Shown here: positions 1 to 16,786 of the stretch, one piece after another | How the letters are laid out: every line of letters starts with the position of its first letter | How positions within the stretch are numbered: position 1 is the first letter of the stretch | DNA from: Eledone cirrhosa | Taxonomy: Eukaryota | Assembly: GCA_964016885.1 (NCBI GenBank) | Contig: OZ024765.1 | Location: 16,988,001 to 17,052,000, forward strand | DNA length: 64,000 nt | Direction of reading: 5' to 3' | The notes under the pieces: generated by a model | What the model was told of the DNA's origin: nothing | Database searches by the model: none | The model's input: the letters and a program-made list of their open reading frames with translations, nothing else | Program-made: the position numbers and the translations under genes

Positions 1-750
1 CCCCTAAGCCACCCGCTTTGTGTCTAAATCAGAAACCAATTTACACAAGACAACACCTAGCCCAAGAATTGTTCCCATGGCATTATATTCGCAAGTCCAG
101 ACTTACCCCTAAGTCACCCGCTTTGTGTCTAAATCTGAAACCAATATACACAAGACAACACCTAGCCCAAGAATTGTTCCCATGACATTATGTTTGCAAG
201 TCCAGACTTACCCCTAAGTCACACGGCTTTGTGTCTAAATCAGAAACCAATATACACAAGACAACACCCAGTCCAAGAATTGTTTCCATGACATTATATT
301 CTCAAGTCCAACAGACTTACCCCTAAGTCACCCGCTTTGTGTCTAAATCAGAAACCAATATACACAAGACAACACCCAGTCCAAGAATTGTTTCCATGAC
401 ATTATATTCTCAAGTCCAACAGACTTACCCCTAAGTCACCCGCTTTGTGTCTAAATCAGAAACCAATATACACAAGACAACACCCAGTCCAAGAATTGTT
501 ACCATGAGATTATATTCGCAAGTCCAGACTTACCCCTAAGTCACACGGCTTTGTGTCTAAATCAGAAACCAATATACACAAGACAACACCCAGTCCAAGA
601 ATTGTTACCATGAGATTATATTCACAAGTCCAGACTTACCCCTAAGTCACCCGCTTTGTGTCTAAATCAGAAACCAATATACACAAGACAACACCCAGAC
701 CAAGAATTGTTCCCATGACATTATGTTCGCAAGTCCAGATTTACCATTAA
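1..750 (-). repeat. Tandem array, 105-109 bp unit, ~7 copies (open at the window start), derived from a tRNA-like SINE head
   Basis: Unit start CCCCTAAG recurs at 1, 106, 211, 320, 428, 533 and 639. The reverse complement matches a monomer at ~40950-41075 (GGTTTCTGATTTAGACACAAAGCGGGTGGCTTAGGGGTAAG...TTGGACTTGCGAACATAATGTC). Confidence 0.9.
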
Positions 751-1067
751 GCCAGCCACTTCAAGCTTAACCATGATTGCTTCTTGAATAAGTGTGTTGA
801 AACATTTTCCTTCGGCTTACGTAATATATATTTAGTTGATGTAATATGCAATAAATATCATTAAAATCTTTATAATTGTAAAACGCGAACGTTGCTATCT
901 CTTCTAAATACACACATTAGATTTATAAGCAGGATTGGTAAATAGATGTATCACATTAATATTCTATAGAATATTGTGACTCAATTATCTCATTCTTCTG
1001 ACAATATATTCTAAACTATTTATCAACAGGCCAAAGCAGATTTTCATTTAATATCTCTATAAATTAT

Positions 1068-1178
1068 AATTGTTTCTACTACAAGCACAAGGTCGGTCAT
1101 TTGGGGAGAGGGAAATGTCGATTAAATCGACCCCAGTATATTACTGATACTTTATTTCATCGACCCCGTAAGGGATTG

Positions 1179-1218
<40 letters not shown>

Positions 1219-1256
1219 TTTCATTTATTAGTCACAAGGGCCGACATGTAGGGGAC

Positions 1257-1304
<48 letters not shown>

Positions 1305-1812
1305 TGTTTCTACTTTTGGCACAAGGCCAGAAATACCCAGTGTATTACTGGTACTTTATTTTATCGACCCCGTAAGGATGAAAGGCAAAGTTAACCTCGG
1401 CGAGATTTGAACTAAGAATGGAAAGGGCCGTAACTCTATGCGTCAAAGCATGGCGTCCGACCCTCTACCGATACTGCCAATCCACCGCCCTTAATAATAA
1501 TAATTGTTTCTACTATAGGCACAAGGCCAGCAATTACCCAGTGCATTACTGGTACTTTATTTTATCGACCCCGTAAGGATGAAAGGTAAAGTTCACCTCG
1601 GTGGGATTTGAACTCAGGGTTTGAACTTTGAATAAATGATTGTTTCTACTTTTTGGTACAAGGCCAGCAATTACTCAGTGTATTACTGGTACTTTCTTTT
1701 ATCGACCCCATAAGGATGAAAGGCAAAGTTAACCTCGGCGGCATTTGAACTCAAAATGGCAAGGGCTGTAACTCTATGCGTCAAAGCATGGCGTCCGACC
1801 GTCTCCCGATAC
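1068..1812 (-). mobile_element. Cluster of ~4 full or partial tRNA-derived SINEs (family A) with (AAT)n tails
   Basis: Repeated TTTATCGACCCCGTAAGGATGAAAGGCAAAGTTAACCTCGGCGGGATTTGAACTCAG. On the minus strand it has an A-box-like TGGCAGTATCGG and a B-box-like GAGTTCAAATCC. The central GCCTTTCATCCTT..GGGGTCGATAAA resembles the Meta-type SINE domain (from memory). Confidence 0.88.
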
Positions 1813-3189
1813 TTTGAATATTACATAAATTATCTACTAAATTTCGTGGCTGTTGATTAAATGTTTTGTTTATTTAAAGATTCACTTCTTTAAAATTTCT
1901 GAAATGTCAACACTTCCGGTTGGCCGTCGCTTAAATAAACATACTAATTTTCTGTCACTAATTTTCTCCTAATGTAGTTTATATATAATATTGTCTTTTT
2001 TTTAATGTATCATGGATTACGTTACTGATTACATAAGACAGTGTAATGCAGTCTTCGTTCAATTTCTATGTATTTTATGTTGTCAATTACGATTTTATTT
2101 GATGTATCATATCTACATGTATATATACCTGCGTATAATATCAATATACACACTACACATGCTAGCAGAACAATATACACACTACACATGCTAGCAGAAA
2201 ACCACTCGAAGGGTGGTTTTTCTGCTAGTATATATAATGTTTGATGATTAAACAATAAAAACTAATGAAAAAATAAAAACATATTTAAAAAATGAGGCCC
2301 CACGAGGATGTGTAGACCTAAACTATCATTTATTTACCTTATAGGTAAGTCCCGCACTGGCTACGCTGAAGTCCCACGAAGGTGTGTCGACATAAACTAT
2401 AATTTATTTAGCTTATAGGTAAGTCCAGCACTCGTCCACCGCTATTGCTACCATTATTGACGACACGAGTCTACTAGTAATGCAATATGTAAGAAATACA
2501 GTAAGCCAGTTAAAGAAAAAGAAAATGGAGTCGCTTGGAAATTTAAAGTTAGAACCGGAAATAAGCCTCGATTGAGTCAATAGAGATTACACATTCTCTT
2601 ACACGGTCACCTTCATTACCTCTTACACACCTACACAACACTTCCGGTAATGTAAATGGTATATCAGTAGTAAAATATTGTAGTATAAGGAAAGGGTGGG
2701 GGGCGGGAGAAGAGGGATGCGAAAAGGAGAAGAGAAGAAGAAGGATAAGAAAAGAAGAACAGGAGAAAAGAGGAAGAAGACGTAGAGGAAGAAGAGAAGA
2801 AAAGAAAAAGGAGAAAAAAAAGAAAAAGTAGAAGAAAAAGTAGAAGAAACAGAAGAAATAGAGGAAGAAAAATAAGAAAAAGAAGAAGAAAAAGTTTTCA
2901 TTTGGGGATCAATCGATATTTGTTAAACATATGAGATTATAAAGGTATCGATTGGTCGCCATTGTTCCATTGTCTCCTTTACTAGTTTTCGATGTGATAT
3001 CCTGGTCAAATCGATAAAATTAATCGATCATGATTTCTCCAAAACTTCTGACACTCCCCCCCCCCCCCCACCACCAGCCTCCAGCTCCTTAGACACGAAA
3101 TATGGCCACCACCCTTTCATTCTACCTCACCTCATCCACCATCATGACGACACTTAGTTAAAATCTCTTGAAAGTGGGTGCGTATCTCT

Positions 3190-6172
3190 GGTTTCCTTGG
3201 TGCTAAGTGACTGAAGGTACAAGACTTCCACCTGGATAGGTCGCCAGTCCATCACAGTGTTAGAGCCTTGAAGCTCACCAGACTGATCTTTATAACTGGT
3301 TTCCTTGGTGTAAAGTGACTGAGAGTACAAGACTTCCACCTGGATAGGACGCTAGTCCATCACAGTGTTAGAGCCTTGAAGCTCACCAGACTGATCTTTA
3401 TAACGGGTTTCCTTGGTGTAAAGTGACTGAGAGTACAAGACTTCCACCTGTATAGGACGCTAGTCCATCACAGTGTTAGTGCCTTGAAGCTCACCAGACT
3501 GATCTTTATAACTGGTTTCCTTGGTGTAAAGTGACTGAGAGTACAAGACTTCCACCTGGATAGGACGCTAGTCCATCACAGTGTTAGTGCCTTGAAGCTC
3601 ACCAGACTGTTCTTTATAAGTGGTTTCCTTGGTGTAAAGTGACTGACAGTACAAGACTTCCACCTGGATAGGACGCTAGTCCATCACAGTCTTATAGCCT
3701 TGATGCTCACCAGACTGATCTTTATAATGGGTTTCCTTGGTGTAAAGTGACAGAGTACAAGTCTTCCACCTGGATAGGTCGCTAGTCCATCACAGTGTTA
3801 GAGCCTTGCAGCTCACCAGACTGATCTTTGTAACTGGTTTCCTTGGTGTAAAGTGGCTGAGAGTACACGACTTCCACCTGGATAGGACGCTAGTCCATCA
3901 CAGTCTTAGAGCCTTGAAGCTCACCAGACTGATCTTTATAACTGGTTTCTTTGGTGTAAAGTGACTGAGAGTACACGACTTCCACCTGGATAGGACGCTA
4001 GTCCATCACAGTCTTAGAGCCTTGAAGCTCACCAGATTGATCTTTATAACTGGTTTCCTTGGTGTAAAGTGACTGAGAGTACACGACTTCCACCTGGATA
4101 GGACGCTAGTCCATCACAGTCTTAGAGCCTTGAAGCTCACCAGACTGATCTTTATAACTGGTTTCCTTGGTGTAAAGTGACTGAGAGTACAAGACTTCCA
4201 CCTGGATAGGACGCTAGTCCATCACAGTCTTAGAGCCTTGAAGCTCACCAGACTGATCTTTATAACTAGTTTCCTTGGTGTAAAGTGACTGAGAGTACAC
4301 GACTTCCACCTGGATAGGACGCTAGTCCATCACAGTCTTAGAGCCTTGAAGCTCACCAGACTGATCTTTATAACTGGTTTCCTTGGTGTAAAGTGACTGA
4401 GAGTACAATACTTCCACCTGGATAGGACGCTAGTCCATCACAGTGTTAGAGACTTGAAGCTCACCAGACTGATCTTTATAACTGGTTTCCTTGGTGTAAC
4501 GTGATTGAGAGGACAAGACTTCCACCTGGATAGGACGCTAGTCCATCACAGTGTTAGAGCCTTGAAGCTCACCAGACTGATCTTTATAACTGGTTTCCTT
4601 GGTGTAAAGTGACTGAGATTACAAGACTTCCACCTGGATAGGTCGCTAGTCCATCACAGTGTTAGAGCCTTGAAGCTCACCAGACTGATCTTTATAACTG
4701 GTGTCCTTGGTGCAAAGTGACTGAGAGTACAAGACTGTCACCTGGATAGGACGCTAGTCCATCACAGTGTTAGTGCCTTGAAGCTCACCAGACTGACCTT
4801 TATAACTGGTTTCCTTGGTGTAAAGTGACTGAGAGTACAAGACTTCCACCTGGATAGGACGCTAGTCCATCACAGTCTTAGAGCCTTGAAGCTCACCAGA
4901 CTGATCTTTATAACTGGTTTCCTTGGTGTAAAGTGACTGAGAGTACAAGACTTCCACCTGGATAGGACGCTAGTCCATCAGTCTTAGAGCCTTGAAGCTC
5001 ACCAGACTGATCTTTATAACTGGTTTCCTTGGTGTAAAGTGACTGAGAGTACAAGTCTTCCACCTGGATAGGACGCTAGTCCATCACAGTGTTAGAGCCT
5101 TGAAGCTCACCAGACTGATCTTTATAACTGGTTTCCTTGGTGTAAAGTGACTGAGAGTACAAGACTTCCACCTTGATAGGACGCTAGTCCATCACAGTCT
5201 TAGAGCCTTGAATCTCACCAGACTGATCTTTATAACTGGTTTCCTTGGTATAAAGTGACTGAGAGTACAAGACTTCCACCTGGATAGGACGCTAGTCCAT
5301 CACAGTGTTAGAGCCTTGAAGCTCACCAGACTGATCTTATAACTGGTTTCCTTGGTGTAAAGTGACTGAGAGTACAAGTCTTCCACCTGGATAGGACGCT
5401 AGTCCATCACAGTGTTAGAACCCTGAAGCTCACCAGACTGATCTTTATAACGGGTTTCCTTGGTGTAAAGTGACTGAGAGTACAAGTCTTCCACCTGGAT
5501 AGGACGCTAGTCCATCACAGTGTTAGTGCCTTGAAGCTCACCAGACTGATCTTTATAACTGGTTTCCTTGGTGTAAAGTGACTGAGAGTACAAGTCTTCC
5601 ACCTGGATAGGACGCTAGTCCATCACAGTGTTAGAGCCCTGAAGCTCACCAGACTGATCTTTATAACGGGTTTCCTTGGTGTAAAGTGACTGAGAGTACA
5701 AGTCTTCCACCTGGATAGGACGCTAGTCCATCACAGTGTTAGTGCCTTGAAGCTCACCAGACTGATCTTTATAACTGGTTTCCTTGGTGTAAAGTGACTG
5801 AGAGTACAAGACTACCACCTGGATAGGACGCTAGTCCATCAGTCTTAGAACCTTGAAGCTCACCAGACTGATCTTTATAACTGGTTTCCTTGGTGTAAAG
5901 TGACTGAGAGTACAAGTCTTCCACCTGGATAGGACGCTAGTCCATCACAGTGTTAGAGCCTTGAAGCTCACCAGACTGATCTTTATAACTAGTTTCCTTG
6001 GTGTAGAGTGACTGAGAGTACAAGACTTCCACCTGGATAGGACGCTAGTCCATCACAGTGTTAGAGCCTTGAAGCTCACCAGACTGATCTTTATAACTGG
6101 TTTCCTTGGTGTAAAGTGACTGAGAGTATAAGTCTTCCACCTGGATAGGACGCCAGTCCATCACAGTGTTAA
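3190..6172 (-). repeat. Satellite, 108-bp unit, ~27-28 copies, derived from the 3' region of SINE family B
   Basis: GGTTTCCTTGGTG recurs at 3190, 3298, 3406 and onward. The reverse complement GATGGACTAGCGTCCTATCCAGGTGGAAGTCTTGTACTCTCAGTCACTTTACACCAAGGAAACC aligns with 13027-13090. Confidence 0.93.
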
Positions 6173-6220
6173 AATCTGTCTCGACCCCGGTAGCTCATCA
6201 GGCTAGCATTTATATTTATG

Positions 6221-6455
6221 AAGGCGGTAGATTGTTAGTGATCGGTAGAGTGTCGGACAACATGGCTTCCCGGGATACACTTGCTATCCTTTACGTTCAG
6301 AGCTGAAATCCCGCCGAAGTTAGCTTTGCTGTTCATCATTACGGGGGTCGATAAATACAGTGCCAGTAACACACTTGGGTCGATTTAATCGACTCTCCCC
6401 GCCCCCACAAAATCCCCCCAAAACAATTGCTGGCCTTGTGCCTAAGTCAGCATCT
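6221..6455 (+). mobile_element. SINE family A, long form, diverged
   Basis: GGCGGTAGATTG head, GGGGGTCGATAAA, GGGTCGATTTAATCGAC hairpin and TTGCTGGCCTTGTGCCTAA tail. Confidence 0.8.
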
Positions 6456-6469
6456 ATTATATATATCGC

Positions 6470-7010
6470 ACTAGCCGAATTACCCGCGCCTTGCTGCGTT
6501 TAACACATAAAAAAGTAGAGGCATTAAATAATAATTTTTGTTGTCATAATTCTAGTGATGTTTTGCCATAGATAAAATATCTAAATTAGCCAAATTTTAC
6601 TATAAAAGTGAGGTGCTTTTTTTGTTGATTTACGTTTAATTAAAAGAAAAACCCCTGATAATATAGGTTCCAATACACAAGTTATGGGCTTGCTTCCAAC
6701 ATTTTCACTATAAGGGGTTTAATCCCCATTAGGGTGTCTTAATATTAATGAAATTTGCTGAAATGTTGTGAATAGGCATCATAGCTTGTCATTTAGCTAT
6801 GGTTTACATTTCATATAAATCGAAGGGAAAACATTTTCAGCAGAGGTTTGTGCCCCCGGGGAACCCTTTGATTAAAATGAAATATACTTATCCAAGTACC
6901 CTGGGCAATGTACTTTCAGAATATATATGGTTATGGAAGTCTATCGCAAAACCATAGAAGGAGTTCGCGAACAAACAAACATACAAACAGACAGATTTAT
7001 TCGGCTCTTT
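6470..7010 (-). mobile_element. Probable non-autonomous Helitron-like element
   Basis: The minus strand ends ...CGCAGCAAGGCGCGGGTAATTCGGCTAGT (GC-rich stem, then CTAG). An ACAAAC/ACAG simple repeat lies near the other end, as in Helitron/DINE-like elements. Confidence 0.5.
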
Positions 7011-7202
7011 AAAACAATCTCGTTGGTTGCCAGATTCGAGGGATAAAATTTACAATAACGATCCACAGAATGATTGACAGGAAAACACAATTAATTTTGA
7101 TTAATCGATCTCAAATGAATTTATAGCAAACTTTTATTTTATTACTAGTGAGCCCGTACCGTCAAATCTGACAGCCATTCACATATATTTTATGTATTTT
7201 AT

Positions 7203-7972
7203 TTATGTATGTGTGTAGTGTATGTGTGTGTATGTCTGTGTTTGTATAGGTGTATTTGTATGGGTGTGTGTATGTGTAAGTGTGTGTGTATGTGTAAGTG
7301 TGTGTATGTATGTATGTATTTTATTTATGTATCTGTGTGTGTATATATGTTTGTACGTGTGTATGTGTGTATATATATGTGTGTGTGTGTGTAAGTATGT
7401 GTGTGTATGTAAGTATGTATGTGTGTGTATGTATGTGTGTATATGCGTATGTATGTATGTATGTATGTGTAAGTGTGTGTATGTGTGTATGTATGTGTGT
7501 ATGTATGTATGTATGTGTGTGTGTGTAAGTATGTGTGTGTGTGTATGAATGTGTGTGTATGTATGTATGTATGTATGTGTGTATGTGTAAGAATGTGTGT
7601 GTGTGTAAGAATGTGTGTGTGTGTATGTGTGTATATGCGTATGTATGTATGTGTGTGTAAGTGTGTGTATGTGTGTATGTATGTATGTGTAAGTGTGTAT
7701 GTATGTATGTATGTATGTGTGTCTGTAAGTATGTGTGTGTGTATGCATGTGTATGTATGTATGTATGTATGTATGTGTGTGTGTGTAAGTATGTGTGTGT
7801 GTAAGTATGTGTGCGTGTAAGTATGTGTGTGTGTAAGTATGTGTGCGTGTAAGTATGTGTGTGTGTAAGTATGTGTGTGTATGTATGTGTATGTATGTAT
7901 GTATGTATGTGTGTATGTGTAAGAATGTGTGTGTGTGTAAGTATGTGTGTGTATGTGTGTGTGTATGTATGT
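7203..7972. repeat. Compound (TG)n/(TATG)n/(TGTAAG) microsatellite
   Basis: Seen directly. It explains the His/Thr and Cys/Val pseudo-ORFs. Confidence 0.97.
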
Positions 7973-8076
7973 TCACCATTTCTCTTAATTTTGAGTTTAT
8001 TTGTACCCGGCCACCGTCCTGTTGGAAATCTTGTCCAGAAAAGAAATTGTCGACGAAACTTTTATAAGTTTTAAAC

Positions 8077-8273
8077 TAGGCATTATAAACATGCGGCCCG
8101 CGGGCCGCATTCCCCCCTTTACGAGCACAGCTGCGGCCCTCACAAAGGTTTTTACAGCGTGAGCATATTTTATCTTCGTAAAATTAGTTGTAATATACGT
8201 AGTTGAGTGTGGCCCTCAGGCAACACATATGTGACTCATGTAGCTCTTGGGGTCAATCAGTTTGGTATGCCTG
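8077..8273. mobile_element. hAT (Charlie-like) MITE, ~200 bp
   Basis: Imperfect TIRs TAGGCATTATAAAC / GTTTGGTATGCCTG, subterminal GCGGCCCGCGGGCC motifs, and similar 8-bp flanks (TTTTAAAC / CTTTAAAG). Confidence 0.6.
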
Positions 8274-8463
8274 CTTTAAAGGATACAGGAGAATGAGGAT
8301 ATATATTAGTTTCACGCTTAATATAGTATACTAGACCACACGTGACCCATTGGGTCTCGTTCGCTTCAAAATATGTTTTATAAATCATGTTCACTTAAAA
8401 ATAATTTTAAAAATAATTAGAATATACACAGACATGTACATAATGTGAAATGAAACTGGAAGG

Positions 8464-8658
<195 letters not shown>

Positions 8659-8944
8659 GTATAAGATGTTTTTACAAGTATATTTGGCAAGAAACCTCAC
8701 AAGGTAATCACAAACAGAAATATAGAGTGTGACGTAATAGGGTGAGATTGAAGTACAAAGTACATGGTTGCTAAGTAACCACATAGTCACGTTTGCTTCC
8801 ATATATGTGTGTGTGTGTGTGTGCGCGCGCGAAAAGTAAACGTAAAAAACACCAAATACGATCAATTACAATGAAGATATATATTAGATTCACATTTAAT
8901 ATAGTAGGAAAAGAATTTTTCTCCATCTTTCCTAATAAATAATT

Positions 8945-8983
<39 letters not shown>

Positions 8984-9407
8984 CTCGTTATAGATACATA
9001 TATATATAGTGATATAGAATGATTAGGTATCGAGAGAGAGAATAACATGGAAAGATGGGCGATACATGTATTTAGTTGCCAATAGTTTATGCATATAGGC
9101 TTAAAACTTGTGCCTACAGAGGTAAATATTAGAGGCGTCAATATTTAGTGGGCGAGAAAAAATAAGCAGAGCGATTATAAAGGAAATGAATAGAAAGAGT
9201 TTAAAACCGTTAAAACGTGTTTATATAACAGTGCGCCTACATATGTTTCGCCCGGAATGGGTTTATCAAGGGCTTGGGAAGCAAATTAATGATAAATAAA
9301 GGACCCAGGAGGGAATTCACGGTTAAATTAACATCATCGTTCATTTTTCCGGATCTTGTTACCCGGAGATTTACCCATCTGCATTGTCGAGGCTTCCAAA
9401 CGACTTA

Positions 9408-12879
<3,472 letters not shown>

Positions 12880-12882
<3 letters not shown>

Positions 12883-13140
12883 GTTAGGCTTGCAATTGAA
12901 AGGTTGTGAGTTCAATTCTCGGACCATGTGATGTTTTGTTTCCTTGAGCTAGTCACTTTATTTTACGTTGCTCCAGTTTAATCAGCTGAAAATGGGTACC
13001 AGCAATAGCTGGAGTTTTAACCCTACGATGGACTGGAGTCCTGTCCAGGGGGAGTCTTGTACTCTCAGTCGCTTCACGCCATGAAACCGGGATAAGCACC
13101 GGCCAAATGGGCCTTCTGGCTTATGATAGACTTTAGACTT
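12880..13140 (+). mobile_element. SINE family B (CORE-SINE-like, tRNA head)
   Basis: B-box GAGTTCAATTC, CORE-like TCCTTGAGCTAGTCACTT...CAGCTGAAAATGGG, and a (AGACTTT) tail. The octopus OR-type SINEs are known CORE-SINEs. Confidence 0.8.
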
Positions 13141-13502
13141 GTTTATATATACAAATCCCCTTCAGACAAAATACGTACGAGACGTATAATTTTTTCATGA
13201 CATGCTGGTAGACAAACGAGTTGGACAGATCAGTGACCCCCAAGCATATGACATATATATATATATATATATATATATAAGAGAGTATTGAAGTTTGCTT
13301 GAAGCATTGTGGAATAATAAGGTAAAATTCTTTAATTCGTTTGGAAGCCTCGACAATGCAGATGGGTAAATCTCCGGGTAACAAGATCCGGTGGTGGAGA
13401 GAGAGATGTAAGTGGGTGTACGTTCAGGTAAGTGGGTGTACGTTGAGATGCGTGGCGTGTATAAGACTGTAACGTGTAGAGAAATGAAGGAAAGAGCGTA
13501 AA

Positions 13503-13556
<54 letters not shown>

Positions 13557-14230
13557 GAAGAAGTTAATATGCCCGTGGGTACTAAGTACCCCTGGAAATA
13601 TATAGGTTGTCTATGATTTAAGGTTGTTCTATGGTATTAATTTGACATACCAGAACTATAATATTAAGATATAATTTGACATACCAGAACTATAATATTA
13701 AGATATAATTTGACATACCAGAACTATAATATTAAGATATCTTAATATATATATATATATATGTATAGGTGTATGTATGCATATATGTATGCATATATAC
13801 GTACATATATATTCAAAAAATGTAGAAGACAGAAATCGATGAATGTCAAATGAAAAGAAAAAAAATAGTGGAGTTAACCCCTCCTCTCCTCCCCACATTG
13901 AATTCCACATGTCAACATTCTAGCAATATTAGTGGGGATGATGGCGTGGCTAAGAACATGGAATAACCAAGTACCCTGGCAGCCATCACCTACAATCGTC
14001 AAATAAATATCCTTTCATCTGAGTCTTGTATTTTACGGGTCCATAAAAGAGAGTGTATGCTGCAATACTTCAATAGCATGAGACCTCATAAAGACGGCCA
14101 ATTAATACAATAAAAATAACCAAATTCACTTAATGTTGTGTGGGAACGGATCAAAAACGTATTTCATATGAAATGTCCTTAACTACACTGCCATAGACAG
14201 TGTTTCCTCCACACACACACACGCATATAT

Positions 14231-14291
<61 letters not shown>

Positions 14292-14419
14292 TTTAAGTTT
14301 AGTGGTTCACCACTGGATAGAACTTGTCATTCCGTATAGTTATGCGTGATGTTGTAGTATGAAAAGCACTCGACGTAACGCATCTGATCCATTTTTGATA
14401 TTCAATCCTGCTGGTCGTG

Positions 14420-14465
<46 letters not shown>

Positions 14466-14473
<8 letters not shown>

Positions 14474-14570
14474 CGTAAAATAAGAAAATTATAAAATTAA
14501 CTTACTTACTAAAATATGATATTTTAGTAAGTAAGTTAATTTTATAATTTTTTTATTTTACGTCTCTCAT
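14466..14570. repeat. Near-perfect 105-bp palindrome next to (TA)n
   Basis: ATGAGAGACGTAAAATAAG...ACTAAAATAT / ATATTTTAGT...TTTTACGTCTCTCAT. Confidence 0.92.
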
Positions 14571-14701
14571 ATTATTGTTCTGCAACCCCATGCATTGAAC
14601 CACAAAGTTACTAAGACAAAACCTATATATTTGCTAGCATTGATATGCATCTGTATGTATATATATGTTACTAGATATTAATTATATATATATATATATA
14701 T

Positions 14702-15093
14702 ATTGGTAAACGGAATAGAAAATGCTGACAAATTGTTCACAGTTGAAAAATGGTTTAATTAGGAATAAAAGAGTATTAGTGATTGTATGGGTTAGTATTC
14801 AGTTGTGGTTTTAAGTTTTTAAGTTTTTACCGGTTGCGCATTTCTAAATGCTTTTCAAAAATAATTTTGAGATAGAGTGTCCGTGCTGTTTGCTCTGATC
14901 CAGATCAGAGCAAACAGCACGGACACTCTATCTCAAAATTATTTTTGAAAAGCATTTAGAAATGCACAACCGGTAAAAACTTAAAACCACAACTGAATAC
15001 TAACCCATACAATCACTAATACGCTTTTATTCCTAATTAAACCATTTTTCAACTGTGAACAATTTGTCAGCATTTTCTATACCGTTTACCAAT
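14702..15093. repeat. ~390-bp palindrome centred at ~14901
   Basis: The arms ATTGGTAAACGG...GCTCTGATC and GATCAGAGC...CCGTTTACCAAT differ by a few substitutions and one 8-bp indel. Confidence 0.93.
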
Positions 15094-15127
15094 ATATAAT
15101 AACTTGTGTGTTACACCTCTATTCTTT

Positions 15128-15182
<55 letters not shown>

Positions 15183-15376
15183 AAAGTAGAGTGACACGGT
15201 TTACTCTACAAAAAAGGTTTTAAATCTCATTGCTGACAATTGTTTCTCTGAACTGGTAGGTCTAGAGATCACTACCCGCTTATTTTCACGTTATTCGATC
15301 ACCAATACATCCAATACTCGGAATACCATAACTGGACTACACTTAAGTGGACTACCTATAACAATAATTTGTTATC

Positions 15377-15412
<36 letters not shown>

Positions 15413-15915
15413 TCGATGAAATGCCTAGGACGGTTGGAGGGTCACTGATGAAGGACTTACTTTTTCATATGTAACCCATTTGCAACGCCGCAGCTCCATT
15501 ATTATCATATTTACATATATATATATATATTGTTATACTTGGGGAGGGTCATATTTGTGTAATATTGCCAGAATTAATAACAGAACACACTCACTGCTTG
15601 GTTGATTTTCGCTTTTCGCTTCTGTGTCTTTTATATCGGTAATCTAACTTACTCGGTCCTCAATGTTGCCATTGACTGACCGACGGTCAAAAATAATACA
15701 GATACAATATAGACACAAACACACATATATAGTTTATCAAAGTTCTTTCGTTGCACATCTGCATATATATATATTTAAAGGTTAAACAAGGTTCAATGAA
15801 TAAATCAAAGAATTAGTTTTAAGATAGATTGGAAGCACTCAACAGTTATGGTTTTCCGGAGTTATTAATATTAATTCAAAATATTAACAAAAATAGAACT
15901 TCTTGTGATCAAGTA

Positions 15916-15982
15916 TATTTTATTATACATATTTCAGAGGTACTGAGGTAACTTCAACAGTACGTCCTCATCAGATAAAATA
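15916..15982 (-). ncRNA. Type I hammerhead ribozyme motif (family H1)
   Basis: Minus strand: TATTTTAT CTGATGA GGACGTACTG..CAGTACCTCT GAAA T ATGT A TA ATAAAATA. Confidence 0.75.
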
Positions 15983-16228
15983 AGATGATGCCTGACATAG
16001 TAGATGGTTAAGATCCAGTTATGATAGTGAGTAAGATATGACAAAACTCAATATTTATATACCTTAAGATTGATACATGAAAAAACTTACATATAATACA
16101 GAGGGTGCTGTAAGTTGTTTTCATGTATCAATCTTAAGGTATATAAATATTGAGTTTTGTCATATCTTACTCATTACCATGACTCTATCTTAACCATCTA
16201 CTATGTCAGGGCATGTCATGCATCATCT

Positions 16229-16295
16229 TATTTTATCTGATGAGGACGTACTGTTGAAGTTAGCTCAGTACCTCTGAAATATGTATAATAAAATA
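16229..16295 (+). ncRNA. Type I hammerhead ribozyme motif (family H1)
   Basis: 8-bp stem I (TATTTTAT/ATAAAATA), core CTGATGA...GAAA, stem II GGA-C-GTACTG/CAGTAC-C-TCT, minimal stem III, AUA cleavage triplet. Confidence 0.78.
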
Positions 16296-16534
16296 TACTT
16301 GATCATAAGAAGTTCTATTTTTGTTAATATTTTGAATTAATATTATATATATATATATATAAAAATTGTTGGCTAATAAAGACTTTTGATGTATTGAAGG
16401 CTTCTTTGGTTTATTTTTTTTATAATTCTTCGGCTCTGTTTAATTACATTGAGGTATATCTTATACTGTCATTTCTATTATATGAAGAGGGTGTTGAACT
16501 CCAACACACTCTAGTATTTTAATTCTTATATATA

Positions 16535-16595
<61 letters not shown>

Positions 16596-16731
16596 AGGAG
16601 ATATGTATCATAAGAGAGGAGGAGAGAAAAGGAAGTGTGATACAGTATGCTAAATGCTGATAGCCGAAGTGAGGTGTGCTTAATGCTTAGGGTAGCAGTG
16701 TTAAATATTAAAGAGGGGTTTATATATTTTT

Positions 16732-16786
<55 letters not shown>

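Larger units (their letters stand above)
7144..8330 (-). mobile_element. Probable non-autonomous Helitron-like element with an internal (TG/TATG)n tract
   Basis: The minus-strand 3' end is CTGTCAGATTTGACGG (hairpin) ...CTCACTAGT and the 5' end reads TATACTATATTAAG. A further hairpin+CTAG end (GACCCAATGGGTC...GGTCTAG) abuts it at 8331. Confidence 0.5.
15866..16345. repeat. ~480-bp inverted repeat with one hammerhead motif in each arm
   Basis: Arms 15866-16090 and 16110-16345 are separated by a ~19-bp spacer. Confidence 0.93.

Noticed and set aside
3190-6172. Regular arrays as possible CRISPR loci (also 47420-48345 and 60965-61790)
   Set aside because: Whole units repeat with no unique spacers, there are no cas genes, and the context is eukaryotic.
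13950-14150. Faint resemblance to a Tc1/mariner transposase C-terminus (VPWQPSP...IKE/RVYA)
   Set aside because: Too degraded to call: it needs frameshifts, and I found no TIRs.
15445-15475. CTGATGA motifs here and at 26213 and 27190 (CTGAAGA) as hammerheads
   Set aside because: No correctly placed GAAA, stem III or UH follows, so they are at best truncated relics.
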